Positions 17,006-30,406 of a stretch of DNA of 64,000 nucleotides are shown one piece after another. Under the pieces are notes generated by a model. It did no database searches. It saw only the letters and a list, made by a program, of their open reading frames with translations, and was not told the origin of the DNA. The DNA is from the human T2T-CHM13v2.0 reference genome, Homo sapiens, in the NCBI RefSeq assembly GCF_009914755.1, contig NC_060933.1; one strand, written 5' to 3'. Each line of letters starts with the position of its first letter. The first letter of the stretch is position 1. The position numbers and the translations under genes are program-made.

Positions 17006-17498
17006 ATGGCTAATTTTGTGTGTCAACTTGACTGGGCCATGGGGTACCCACATAGTTGGTCAAACATTATTCTGGATGTTTCTGTTAGGAACTTTTGATG
17101 AAATTAACATTTAACACAGTAGACTGAGTAAAGCGGACTGTCGTCCATAATATAAGTGGCCCTCATCCAGTCAACTGAAGGCCTGAGTAGAATTAAAAGG
17201 CTGACCCTCCCCCAGCCAAGTGAGAATTCTTCCCATCTGATGGCTTTAAAACTGGGACAACAGCTTTTTTCCTGCTTTTGGACTCCAACTGAAACATCAA
17301 CTCTTCCTGAGCATCGAGTCTGCCAGCCTTCACACTATGACAACATCTTCGATTTCCTGGGCCTCCAGTTTGCTGACTCACCCTGAAAATATTAGGACTT
17401 GTTAGTGTCCATAATTGTGAGTCTGTTCCTTATAATAAATAGTTTTCTATATTTTATGGGCATCCTACTCATTTGTTACTCTGGACAACCCTAATACA
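17006..17498 (+). mobile_element. MLT2 (ERVL) solo LTR inside an L1ME 3' fragment (16660-17750)
   Basis: tggctaattttgtgtgtcaacttgactgggcca...tggtcaaacattattctgg...aaccctaataca. Confidence 0.85.
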
Positions 17499-20074
17499 GC
17501 CAGCCATTTGAGAAAGTAAAGCAAGAATGATTAACAAAAAATTCAAAGTGGTGATCACATCTGTTGAGGACAGAGAGGAAGATAATTCAGGCGGGGACAG
17601 ACAGGGGACTGTAAGGTTCATGACAATGCTCCATTGTTTCATCTGGGTGGAAAACTTTATGAATGTTTACATAATTATTAGTCTTTAAAGTTACTCTCAT
17701 TATATATTCTTTTTATATGAATGATACATTTCACAATAGTTTTTGTAAAATCAAAAAGTTGTAACTTTGAAAGTGCTTTGAAAAGAGAGGATAACGCTTC
17801 CATGGGCAGCTAGGTAAGGGTGGTTGGGGAGATGCCACTGATTATTCATGTCAGGCCTTCTGCATCTGTAACTAATGTTCATAGTGTTTGTATTTCTAGC
17901 ACACGAAGGACTTCCAAGTAAATATGACTTTTGTTTTTTCTCAACATGCAGTTCATTGGGGAAAGAAGAATTTAGTCTTTCCTTGAAATAGGCACTAGTT
18001 CAGCAGCTCCGGAAGCTGAGTGAAGCAACACTGTGTGTCCCAGAGCACACATGGAGGTCATATTACACCCACAGAGGCAGGTACTGGAAACATACTCCTT
18101 CCCTTATTTGGTTCTAGGCTTCTTTGGTTAATTCCACTGGGATCATCTCAAACAAGAAAACATTCAGTCTGTAAAACAGAGAAATGGTCAGAAGAAAGCT
18201 CATGAGAAATCGTTGCAGCAAGCGTCAAGGGATGCAAGTTCTGACCTACTCATGACTCATTAATAAAAGCTTAAAGCTCCAACATTCTTCATGCTGGTGT
18301 GGATTGTGAAGCTGGATGTTCCAGTAAGGATACAGAATCACTTACAGCTAACTTAGGGGTGTGAGAACACCTGCCCACCATAATGGAATTTGGCAGGGAA
18401 AGTCTATTTAATGTGAAGAAACAAACCACTGGCCTGTCTATTAATTAAAACAATAAAGAAAACAAGAAAAAGGTGATTGTGTATTATGTAGCAATTGGAG
18501 GTGATTATGTGTGTATGTGTGGGGTTTGAGGAGTTGATAACACAGCAAAGTAAGACTACTTACCATTTATTAGGTGCCTATTCTGTGCCCAGTAACTATA
18601 ACTGTATGCACTTTAGGCATATTATCTCTTACTTTTACAAACACCCTATGGTGTAGGCTTTTTATCCGCATTTGACGGAGGCAGTTTCATCATCTCTCTT
18701 GGATATGAGAAACATCCCTGACTTGAGGCAGAAAGTATAGAAATAGCTGCCCACTCCCCCCTCTGTGGGGTGCATCACTGAAGTGCTTCTGATGGGGTGC
18801 TGCTTTTACCAACCTGGATTTAAAAGGTACCTATTCCTAAGTAACTTATCCAGCATCTGCTTCAGCTTAAAGTGTCAAAATTCTCCGTTGTTCTTTCCTG
18901 TTCCTGGTCTGCATGCTAAGTATTGCCTTTTCCCACACCCTTTCTCCTTTGCATTGGGTCCTAAGGAAGCCTCCTTGGCTGAGTATCCTTTTGTTGTTAT
19001 GTTAGATGGTTCTTTACCTTCCAGATGGAATGTACTGCCCCTAAAAGATGGATCTTTGCTGCTGCCTCTCATCTCATTCTACAGCAAACAACTGAAGATA
19101 GTCTAAAAGTAAGGTTCAAACTCCTTAATATGGTTCATCTAGCAGGAGAGTCATTTTATTGTCTTTCTAAGTCTACTGAAGGAGACTCAAGACAATGAAA
19201 AGCTAAACATTTCTTACATTCACATTCTGGAAAGAAAGCTGTGTCTGTCTTCTGGACTCCTTGCCCTAGTAATAGTGGGGACAAATAATTCCATTGTGTT
19301 TCTTGAATGTCTCTAAAGATACCCTCAAATGCCTTTGTTTGGGAAGCACTGGTCTATATAAGACAGGATAGAAACAGACACTTTGAGAAAAAGAGGAATT
19401 CGACCCAATCTCAGAGAAAGAAACAATTCTTGGTTACTGTGAAGCTGGGGGTACAGAAGAGCTGTGGGTTTCACGAAAGGCAGGGACCAAGACTTTGCTT
19501 ATATTCAAGGCCATAAAGGGTGTTAGGACCTTAGATGCATGTGTGTTCTTGAATGCTAAGACCTGAGTGCTGTATCTTGGGATCTATGGAAAATGTGCCT
19601 GTCTATGCAGTGCTCATGATGGATAGAGTGATGCTGCTGGCCTTCAGATGGGGAGTGGAGGAAGGATGAAGAGCAGGAGAGCAGCAGCTAGGGTAGACAA
19701 AACATCAAAGGTGCCTCACTAACTTTTCTACAATATGGATACTCCAGAATTCAAGTACAACAAGGAAGAGGAAAGAATCAGAAAACTGGGACTGAGAATA
19801 GATACCCTCAATCCTGTAGATAGGAACTGAGCTATATTTAGAATTTAGAAATATAAAAAAATATTATTTGTCTTGCATTTCTAGAGTTCTGATGCAAATT
19901 TGTATCTCTCCAGCTTTTCTCTATCCATTTACCAGCTTGTATTTTACCTTACTCTAGTTTGGTTAAAAATTTTCAATTTGTCAAGCACACCATAGGTTTT
20001 CTTAACTCCAGACCCTTGCATTTGTCATTATATCTGTTTGAAAAACTTCTGTCTTCTCCTTCCTACCCTCGACA

Positions 20075-20139
20075 CATACACATGCACGCACACACACACA
20101 CACACGTACACACGTACACACACATTCATACACACACAC
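20075..20139. repeat. (CA)n microsatellite within an L2-like fragment
   Basis: Seen directly. Confidence 0.9.
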
Positions 20140-21768
20140 TCTGACCCAATATCTCAATATGCTGTCTTCCTTAGGTGGTCGAACTTGGGAATGGGACCAT
20201 GAGGCCCTAGTGTTGATGGCAAGCCTGCCCATTCTGTTTCATCTGTGTGGCTGACTAGGAATTTATGCCTGCTTAATTTGGTCACTACTAAACACAACAT
20301 AGAAGATTCACACACACGAAATAAAAATTGTGTGTAGCCCTGATTTGGAAAGAAAGAAAAGTGCTAGCAGAGCTAAAAGGATCTTATGAAGAAATAAGGT
20401 TCCAATCAGAGCTGAGAAATACTGTGAACCAAAAGGCCGTCACTTACCTTTTATTATAAATCTGATGCACTAGCAAAGGCCTTGAATTTTTCGTCTCTGG
20501 TTACATATCCGTAAAATAGTCCTCTCAAAGGAGCTATTTCAACCTTTTTTGTATAACACTCATTATAAATTAATTCTCCCTGACAACTAACTAGGGAAAT
20601 ATTTTAATCTACATAGACAAAACCACACTCCTCTAGGAGGCCACCGTACATTCTATGTTCTGTTATTAGAAATGATTTTATTAAGGTTCAGGAATGATTT
20701 GCAAACTAATGTTGCTTTGATGTTTTTAATGCACACGTAGTTGCTGAGTTTATCTACTGAATTAGTCCCTCCTGGTATGCACTAGATTGGGAGCAATCTT
20801 GGGGAATGATAGTGAAATTGAACCTTGTTTCATGTTTTGATTACCTGCATTATTATTACTTTTTCCCCCGAAAGGCTTTAAAAATTAAATTTTTCTTGGG
20901 AATAGAATGAGAGCAAATATTATTCTTCTTTGCAGACATACAATTGTAAAAATAACACAAATGTTTCAAAGAAACCGAAGACAGTTCTGCCTGTGGGAGG
21001 TTTGCCTTCTTGTCAGATGCCTATAAATTAGGTTTGCCACATTAAAATCAAATAATACGTATTTCAGTCAGGGGATATTGGAAGTGAAATTATTTCTCTG
21101 TGTTCCACGCATGAACATCAGCAAATAATTCAGTGGTTGCTGAGCAGTTGTTTCTTTTGGTAGGGATTTTTCCAGTGTGTTTTGTAGCTTTGCAACTCTC
21201 TTGAGTAAAGTGATAAAGGTGATGAATATCTATTTTGAATTAACTCCTGTTACAGTGAAGTGCCAGTTGATCCAAGCTTTTTAGTCATGACAATTCACAT
21301 GTATCTTATTCTTTTTATAAGAATCTGGGGGATACCTGTCTGAAATGCTACAACTCACAAGAAGTACATCTCCCTGGTGATAAAAGATAGATGGGGATCA
21401 TTGCATTGATTTGTGAAATGTCATTGTCAGACTGCACTGGACTGCCAGCAATCACTCAGTACAAAGTTGCTCCCCGGTCTGTTCTCTCTGTTCTTAACAC
21501 CAATTCTATGCAAGGCTTTGGAGCTTAACAAAAAGGGAAAGATATGGATTTTTATATCTTCCTGAATCTATTTGTGAAATAGCTTTGACCCTTATAAATA
21601 AAACGTGAATAGCATACTTTCCTGGCAATACGTTGAATCATAAAATGTTTAAGAGTTAGAAGAGACATGAAAGATTATCTTGACCCTAAGGAAATAGGCC
21701 ATAGGAGGTGACATAATTTGCTAGTTTGTTGGTGGAAAAGCCTAACTTGAAACGTAGCACAATGTTTA

Positions 21769-22095
21769 TGTATTAGTCAGTTTGTGCTGCTATAGACTGG
21801 GTGGCTTAAACAACAAACATTTATTTATCACAGTTCTGAGGCTGGGAAGTCCAAGATCAAGATCTAGTGTCTGGTGAGAGCCTGCTTCCTATTTCTAGAT
21901 GGCCATCTTCTTGCCTTGTCTTCATAAGGAGAAGAACAGAGAGAAGGGAAGTAAGTCTCTTCTTATAAGGGCACTCATCTTATCGTGAAGGTTCTACCCT
22001 CCTGATCTCATTAACACCCTATCTCTAAATCCCATCACTTAGGGTATGTTTCAGTGCGTGAATCTGGAGGGGACACAAATATTCAGTCCATAGCA
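21769..22095 (-). mobile_element. MLT1A/MLT1A0 solo LTR
   Basis: tgtattagtcag...gggaagtccaagatcaag...gggacacaaatattcagtccatagca. Confidence 0.85.
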
Positions 22096-22288
22096 ATATG
22101 GTATTGAATAGTTACTTCATCAGTTTTAGCTGAATTTAACTGAATTGTAATATGTTATTTTAGGCCCTAGCTCAGAATGCAACAACAGTGCTTTAGAAAT
22201 GTGTAAGATGGCCTGAAAGCCTGGAAAGTTATCTCTGTTCAGGAGAAAAGAGCTAACATATGAAAAATTCATTCTATGTGCCAAGTAT

Positions 22289-22331
22289 TTATATATATGT
22301 GTGTATATATATACATATATATACGCACACA

Positions 22332-22371
<40 letters not shown>

Positions 22372-22408
22372 ATAATCAGGTATATCTTCTGTCTCTGTCT
22401 CTCTCTCC

Positions 22409-22494
<86 letters not shown>
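22289..22494. repeat. Compound (TA)n + (TC)n microsatellite, followed by a MIR fragment (22495-22625)
   Basis: Seen directly; it explains the YIYI/ERER/SLSL ORFs in the track. Confidence 0.95.
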
Positions 22495-22759
22495 TTACAT
22501 GAAGAAGCCAAGGATCAGGAAGATTAAGTAACTTGGCCAGAATTACCAAGCTAGTAATAAAAAACTGGGATTCCAACTGGAGACAATCTAACTCCAAAGT
22601 TTGTTTTTCTTTTTAACCACTATGCTGTGACCAAGTGTTTTTATTGGCCAAGTTAAAGAGTTAAAGTGTCCACAGAATGGCTCCAAGAAATACCTGTCAT
22701 GAAATAAAGATTTATTGAGACTAAAAGAGTTACACTGAAAAAGGCAGATAATAGTCTAA

Positions 22760-24290
22760 TTTTACTTTCAATTCTGGCAACTCGGCAAACTAAGCCAATT
22801 CAGAAACTCTCATGGAACAAGTATTTGGAGAGCTGGATGGATTTATTTTTATTGTGATACCCCTGAGGCACTTAACAGACAATCACACATGCATACACGC
22901 ATGTGATATAGCTACCAGCAAAGATGACGGATTCCTATATGGAAAACAAACCTTGTGGAAAAATTAATTCTCACTCGAAAGTTGCAAAACACATGGAAAA
23001 CTTCACCATGAGTCAAAGTAATCAGACACAAAAAACAACAGGATTAATACCACCAAGAACTTGGAATATACATACATACACACATCTGAAATGATGACAG
23101 ATATGGAATCCATCAATAAATAGCAAGACTCTGAAAAAAAGAATGAGCAGGTGTGAAGAAAAATCAAACTAAAAGTTTTGAAATAAAAAAATAGTGGTTT
23201 AAATTAAAGCCTCAATATACTGACTAATTAGACCATACTGAAGAGAAAATTGGTGCAATTAAAGAGAGATCTAAGCAATTTTCCAGATGGTAGCTTGGAT
23301 AAATGAAGAGTTGGAAAAAAAAAAAAAAGATTCTGAGCACCATGTAGGATGTGATGAGAAGGTCCAACATTATCTAAGAGGAGTTAAGGAGGAGAGAATA
23401 GAGAGAATGGTCATTGGCAATATTCAATATACTATTCAATATTCAATGATTGAATAAATTTCCAGAACAGACAGAAAATGTGTATTTTCAGGTGGAAGAC
23501 ATGTAAGTCCCAAAGAATTTAGATAAATACAAATCTACACTAATTTAAGGAATGTTTTGGTTAATTTAGACAGATTCTTTTCTACGCCAGTATCAAATCA
23601 ATTAAAAATATTTTATGGCAATAAATAAAAGGCTCAGAAATCCAAGAAAAAGTCACTAGTCAAAAGAATTTTTGAACAAGTTCATTTATACTCTACATAA
23701 AATAACAAGTAATCAGCAGATATTACTTCATTGCTTCCAAATGTCACTTTCATCATTTCATAGCCTTCTGCTGTTAAGATTTGTATCTTTTCCTTGTTTT
23801 CTATTTCTATCTGTGCAGAACTGAAGGATATCCACCCCTACAATTGCCATAGGATCAACAGACCAAAGGAAGTTTGTCCATGGTAAAGCTTTGTGAACAC
23901 AATCTAGCTACTGTTTCCCCCAGCAAGACCATGCTTATGTCCTAGAAAACCTGACAGATTCAGAAATGGTCACAGATTATATAACTTCTAAATGAATCAG
24001 GTAAAAATGGAAGGGAAGAAAACTCAAACCAATGGAAAACACTAAAGAAATAGAAGAAAAAAAGTTCAAAAAATACAAGGTAATATGGAAGAAATAAATT
24101 CAAATATGGTATTAATCACAATAAACGTCAATGGGCTACACTTGCTAGTTCAAAAACAAAGAGTCTCAATTTGCATTAAAACATACTGCTTTATTCTGTT
24201 TAGAGAAGACATGCTGAAGACATAAGGTAACCAAAAAAAGAAAAAAATGCTGGGAAATATATACCAGACAAATACTACGCAAACGTTAGC
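22760..24290 (+). mobile_element. Degenerate L1M (ORF1 to start of ORF2)
   Basis: A-rich L1-like motifs: gaagagaaaattggtg, agaaggtccaacat, aatcacaataaacgtcaatgggctac. Confidence 0.6.
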
Positions 24291-25199
24291 ATTAAGGAGA
24301 GAAGCTGCATGCCTTCAGATGGACCATGGCCCAAGGGCAAGGACCACGCGGGTAGCAGCTAGTATGAACTAAACATCAGAGGTCTCTCATCAGCTTTTAT
24401 AAAATATGACTATTTCACAATTCATACACAAAACAGCTAAAAATATCACTTTATTATTCTTTTTACAACTTATTTTCTCAAATTGGATACTTAGCTCATT
24501 AATTTTCAATCTTCAAACTCTCTGCTTTCACATGAGTATGTACACACGCACATATATTAATACATGCTGTAAATTTTTCTCAAAGTACTGCTATATCCCA
24601 TGAATTTTAATATGTATTATTTTCACTGTCATTTACTTCTAAACATTCTAATTTCCATTACATTTTCTTCATTTGAGAAGTGAGAATGTCCATTTCCAAA
24701 TATTTGGGTTTGGCTATGTTTTCACTTTTAATTATATTTTACATTGAAGTATAAATTACATATAGTGACAAAAGAGGCAAAGTCCCTACTTCATGAAACT
24801 TATATTCCAGTGGAATAATATATGGGTTATTATACAGGAAAGATAATATACAGGTTATTAAAAGTAAACAAGATCATTTCAGACCATGACACATCTATAA
24901 AGCTGATAAGCTAGGATGTGTAGTAGACCTTATATGAAAAAAATAGTTTTATAGTAAAGTAGCCTGGGGATAGATTTTATACTATACAGCCTCCTCTTAG
25001 AGATTCACTGTGTATATTAATACACGAAAGAATGTGAAAAGATGTGCAGTTAAGCAACCTAGCAATTGTTTTTATGTATTCCAAAATTATTTAACCAGCT
25101 GTCTGTTTATAACATTGCACCAATTGCAATAGAAGCTATTGATGCCCTACTTATATCCTTTCAAAACTCAAAATTCCAGTGTGTGCCTATAACTACGAG

Positions 25200-25470
25200 C
25201 AGTTGAGAGCTTTCTTTCATAGGTGAGAGGAAGGCTGGAAATACGAGGGATGCAAGGCCCTTGGGAGCAGCCCTTAGGCATTGATGAATGACAGTTAAAT
25301 GAGTTAACTTTTGGGTAGAAAGCATGTTCTTTAATACCTCGCAGAGTGCCCCTGTGAGACCAGACCCCCAAGTGCCCACAGAGGAAACCCCCTTTATAAT
25401 CCATATTTTCTTGACTTTCCTCCATTTCCTGTCTCATTTCCCTACTCTATTGGTACTCTTGAGAATTCAA
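25200..25470 (+). mobile_element. ERVL LTR fragment, LTR16-like
   Basis: gccccaagtgcccacagagg-type and tttcctgtctcatttccctactc motifs; weak match. Confidence 0.4.
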
Positions 25471-26317
25471 CCCAAAACATCAATTAACAACTTAAGATTA
25501 AATGATTTTAGTGTTCTGAAAGAAACAGAGTTTTAGGAATGGAGCACTAAAACATTGGGCTACCATTGTAGTTTCATGATTTACTTTGCTTTTTTACCAG
25601 AGATTAGAGGAATTTATTTATGTTCAAGAAATAAAAAACCATAGGCATGTCAGGGAAACTATTTTATCCCAATGGAGAGCTTATAGTCCCTCATTTTACT
25701 TTTAGAAAACCTGAAACTTTTAAAAAGTTATTCTATTTTAGAATACTATATATTACATATTACATAGAATATGTAATATGTATGGATTATATATATTATC
25801 TATATATGTAATTATATAGAATATGTAATATATATACAATCTATATATATTATAGAATACTATATATTACAGAATATTGTATTTCCTAATGATAGAGCAC
25901 AGGGTTCAATAACAAGAGAAAACCCTTATGTTATCTGTGAAGAACATATCATGAGTTGTGGTGTAGAGGAATGAAAAAAGCACATCTCCATTTCATATTG
26001 ATATTGTTTTCTTTTTTGTGTATGCTGGAACCATTTTGATATAATTATATATATCTGCCAAATGCAAGAAGAAAAGGTTTATGCATATATAACTTTTCCA
26101 AGTTTAACATTTGCAAGTATAAACAACAATGATCTCAATTTAATAATTCATCATCATCAGAGCAATTGACCAATATCTCTTTACTGCTAGGCTTACCGAC
26201 GGTAAATTACAGATGAATTAATGTCCTTTTGTTTCTCTTCTCTCACTCTGCTTGTCCAGAGACATTTTGTCATAAAGTTTCAGTCCAGCTCACCTCTAGC
26301 CAGAGGTAATCTTTTTA

Positions 26318-26396
26318 TTAGGTTGGTGCAAATGTTATTGCGGTTTTTGCCATTGAAAGTATGGCAAAAACCACGATTACTTTTGCACCAACCTAA
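26318..26396. mobile_element. MADE1 (Hsmar1-derived MITE; miR-548-type hairpin)
   Basis: 79 bp with TIRs ttaggttggtgcaaa...tttgcaccaacctaa; TA at 26316-26317 and CA (mutated TA) on the right. Confidence 0.93.
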
Positions 26397-26443
26397 CAGA
26401 TCAGTACTCAGTTGCTCTGAATTTTGCTTTTTATTGTAACCTA

Positions 26444-26851
<408 letters not shown>

Positions 26852-28289
26852 TCAGCTCTTCTTCATTCCTTAAACCATACCTGTACCCTGGACTTGGGCA
26901 AGTTGAGTTTCAGCACTACCTCCTCCCACATGGAAATGGCTGAGTACTGGGTCTTAGCAAACAGCAGTCCCACCACATGTCGTTGCTCCCAGGTGAATGT
27001 TGTCCTCTCCCTGTGTTGTTTCCAGGAGGATAGCCGGATAGCCACCAAGGGGTGCAGCAAGTCCATACCCAAAGTGCTCAGGCTTAGCCCATTGACTGTG
27101 TAGGGTGGTTACTTAAGATAAGACATCGTGCCAAGGTTGTCTGGAGGAACACAAGACACAAATTCAGCTCACATGGGCAGGAGGTGGGTGGTGTGGGGGA
27201 CCCAGCTAGAAGGTCTCTATGTGCATGGAGTGGACAGGTTCAGAGTCTTGGTGGGTGGGTTTGGAGTGGTAGAACCAAGAGCAAAGCAAACAAGCGGAGG
27301 TGCTGCTTTCCTGCTTGGGAGCCATCAGCTCTTCCACATTCTACTACTAACTTCAAAAGACTACTAAGTATTAATATTTTCTAAAGAAAGTACAACTGGC
27401 CAATTTTAATTTAAGTTCTGCATTTAAAAAATCCTTTAAAAGGAAGAAGTGGGATATATGGAATCGGCAGCCATCCCTCTGCATTTTGGATGCTACTTCT
27501 TGAGGCAGTCCTATGTAGTACTGTGTCTCAGCAACTTGGTATTTAGCATTCAGAAAATGAAATGTCTAGAAACAAAAGAGCAGGAGGAATGTGTGTGCAT
27601 GCCTGCAGACATATGTATGTGTCCTTGTGTGTTTGTGCTGGGATTTGTGTGTTTGCATATGTGTGAATTAAGAGGATAAGCACAGACATGGCAGTGTGGC
27701 ATTTCATCCTGGAAAATCTACCCTCCCTCAGTACAGCAGAAGGAAGGTGATAGAAAGAGGAAGGGTCCTAGCAGCAATGTGTGCTGGGATTGTCGCTTTC
27801 ATGCACCCCAGTTCTCATATCAGGTATAAGGGAGAGAAAGGAAGTTAGAAGGAAGGGAGGGGACAGTGGGCAGAAATTTCTGACGTGGATCTGCAGGTAT
27901 AGCCTTAATAATTTGGGGGTAATTCCTGGCACACAGCAAGACATGTCAGGATCTGGATTGTGGGCTCAGGAATCCCTATAAATGAATGAAGGATCACAAC
28001 TGAGCATGTGGAAAGATAACTGACTCCTAAGAGTAAATGATTATAGCTGTAACCTCTCTACTAAAAGACCAATAGCATGAGTATTTTATTTTCTTAATTG
28101 AGCTTTAATCCCAAAATGGCACAGCAAGATTTTAAGCTTCAAAGAAACACAGAGAAAAAAATCTATTTTTCAGACATATATAGAAAGATATTATATAGAA
28201 TGAAGCCAGATGATTGCCACTGATTCTCTTATTAGGATCTTAGGATCCCATAAGTACTGTCTGAATGGGTCTAATCCTCAATAATACGT

Positions 28290-28520
28290 AGAACAATAGT
28301 TAAGAGCTTAGATCCTGGAGCTAAACACCTAGGGTCCCAATCCTGTACCCAGAATTTTTACTTGTGTTTCTTTAACAAGTGACTTTACCACTACACCTAA
28401 ATTCATCTGTCTATAAAAATGAGAAGGCGAGGGAAGGAAAAATAGTATCTACCTCATGGAATTGCTCTTTTTAATGAGTTAACATGCATTAAATGGTTGA
28501 TTCGAGCCTGACTGGCAATA
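28290..28520 (+). mobile_element. MIR
   Basis: acaagtgactttacc...tctataaaaatgag...aatagtatctacctcat. Confidence 0.6.
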
Positions 28521-28719
28521 TTGTAGAATTGTTAGACCCTACTTTCCCAAATTTCCTCTTTTTATAACTTCAAAGTGCTTGCTTACACAGCAAACTGACC
28601 TAATAAGAAAGAAAATGCTAACTGGTTTTATTTTCTCTTTTTTACTTCCCCACATCCAGAAAAAAAGACGTCGTACTTTATTTCCCTTAAATGTTACCCC
28701 CAGGGAAGTATAGGAGGTT

Positions 28720-29085
28720 GTGTTATTGTTTTCAATTTTTCAGTGCCTCTCCCAATGAGTGATGTACTTCCCTACCTATCAGCATCAAGCTTGGCCATCT
28801 GATATATTTTGGACAATAAATTGCGAGCAGAAATGATGTACGCAATTCCAAACCAAAATTTGAAGGATCATTTCATGGTTGTGGTATTGCCCTTTTTCCC
28901 TCCGCCTTGAGACCAGGTAGGAGCAGCTCCAAAAATCTGGATCTACTAAGAAGGCATGATTTAGAGCCACATCCAATCTACAACGAACATGAAAAGGGCA
29001 AGAAACAAACCTTTATGTTGTAAGCCCACTGAGCGTTTGAAGTTGCTGTTAGTACAGCAAAATTCGCCTAAAATGGCAGATACAA
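28720..29085 (+). mobile_element. Old MaLR LTR (MLT1H/I/J-like)
   Basis: agcttggccatctga...tttggacaataaa...aagaaacaaacctttatgttgtaagcccactgag. Confidence 0.55.
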
Positions 29086-29690
29086 GGGAGGATGAAGAAG
29101 AATGTTAGTCATGGCAGAGGCAAAAACTGTCTATCTGGAGGAGGGGGAAGCTATCCAAAACTGGAAAAGGGTATTTTTTTCAGGGCTCCCCACCTACTCC
29201 TCTCGCCCCGCCATTTCTCTGTCTTGAGTAGAGGACTAACCTGAGGAAAACAAGCAGTTTGATACATTGAAGTAGAAAGAAATGTTAGTTGTAGGGACTT
29301 CTAGCCTCCACAAAGATGCTCTTGGGCACCCATCCTCAAAAGAACCAACCATGTTAACTTTTCTAAGTAGGCGTATCACAATGACCTCTGTGAATTGACA
29401 GCTAAAGGTGACTCCATGAAAGATCTGGACTGTGTAAGCCTCACTCCAGGACTTCAGCCTAATTCTGATGGAATTGGGATCTCTAGGAAGGACTGAGATT
29501 GATTTTCTCACTACCCTAACAAGATTAGAAATCTGATTTAGAAGAGTGAATTAATGTGAAATATCTTGCATGAAACTGTGGTAGCCATGAATCCATGCCT
29601 GCTGTTTGCTTGCTTCCAGAAACATCACTTCCATTTTAGAAGCTTCTTTGAAATAGTGATTTTTTTAAATATTAGCAATATATTTCCTAC

Positions 29691-29840
29691 TTTTTAAAAT
29701 TTTATTTGTAAAAATTCCAGGATACATGTACAGAACATGAAGGTTTGTTGCATAGGTAAACATGTGCCTTGATGGTTTGCTGCACCTATCAACCCATCAA
29801 CTAGGTATTAAGCCTTGCAGGCATGAGCCATTTATCCTTA
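29691..29840 (-). mobile_element. 5'-truncated older L1PA 3' end (~150 bp)
   Basis: gatacatgtacagaacatg...ctgcacctatcaacccatca; TSD tatttccta at 29681-29689 and 29843-29851. Confidence 0.85.
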
Positions 29841-30324
29841 TGTATTTCCTATTTTTGAAGCAATAACTGAATTAAACACCATTATAGTACAGTCCCTTTG
29901 GTGGCAATTTCCAACTTGGCAATTTCTTACTGATGAGTTACATATAATTATTGTTTTATTGACAGATATCTTCTCCACTTTCTTTAGAAGGCTTTGGATT
30001 GTTGACCTATATCCAAACAACTTTCCCAGCCTAGGGAGCTATTTTTAACTTCGTCGTTGGCATTTTTAACATCCACCAGTTTCTTTTACTATTGTAATAA
30101 TCCCAAATTCATTTATTCAATGGAAAGCATTTAATTATTTTCTGTGTGTATAAAGATATTCCTGAAAATAGGATGTTAGTAGTAGAGTGGCACAGCAGAG
30201 TAATGTGGAGGTTGTCAGTAACTTTTGATAAGAGACATTCAAGTGGAGTAAAGTGACGGAGTAGGGTAAAAGCTATGTGAATGTGGATTCTCTCTCTGTC
30301 TCTCAAAATATCTTATTGTACTGA

Positions 30325-30406
30325 ACCTACCTATTTTCGGACTACAGTTGGCCATGGATAACTGAAACCATGGAAAGCACAACTGAAGATAAAAGGGGAC
30401 TACCGT
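30325..30406. mobile_element. Tigger-family MITE end (MER8/MER2-like)
   Basis: taactgaaaccatggaaagc...ataaaaggggactaccgt. Confidence 0.6.

Noticed and set aside
22260-22597. ORFs with YIYI, ERER and SLSL runs
   Set aside because: Translations of (TA)n and (TC)n microsatellites.
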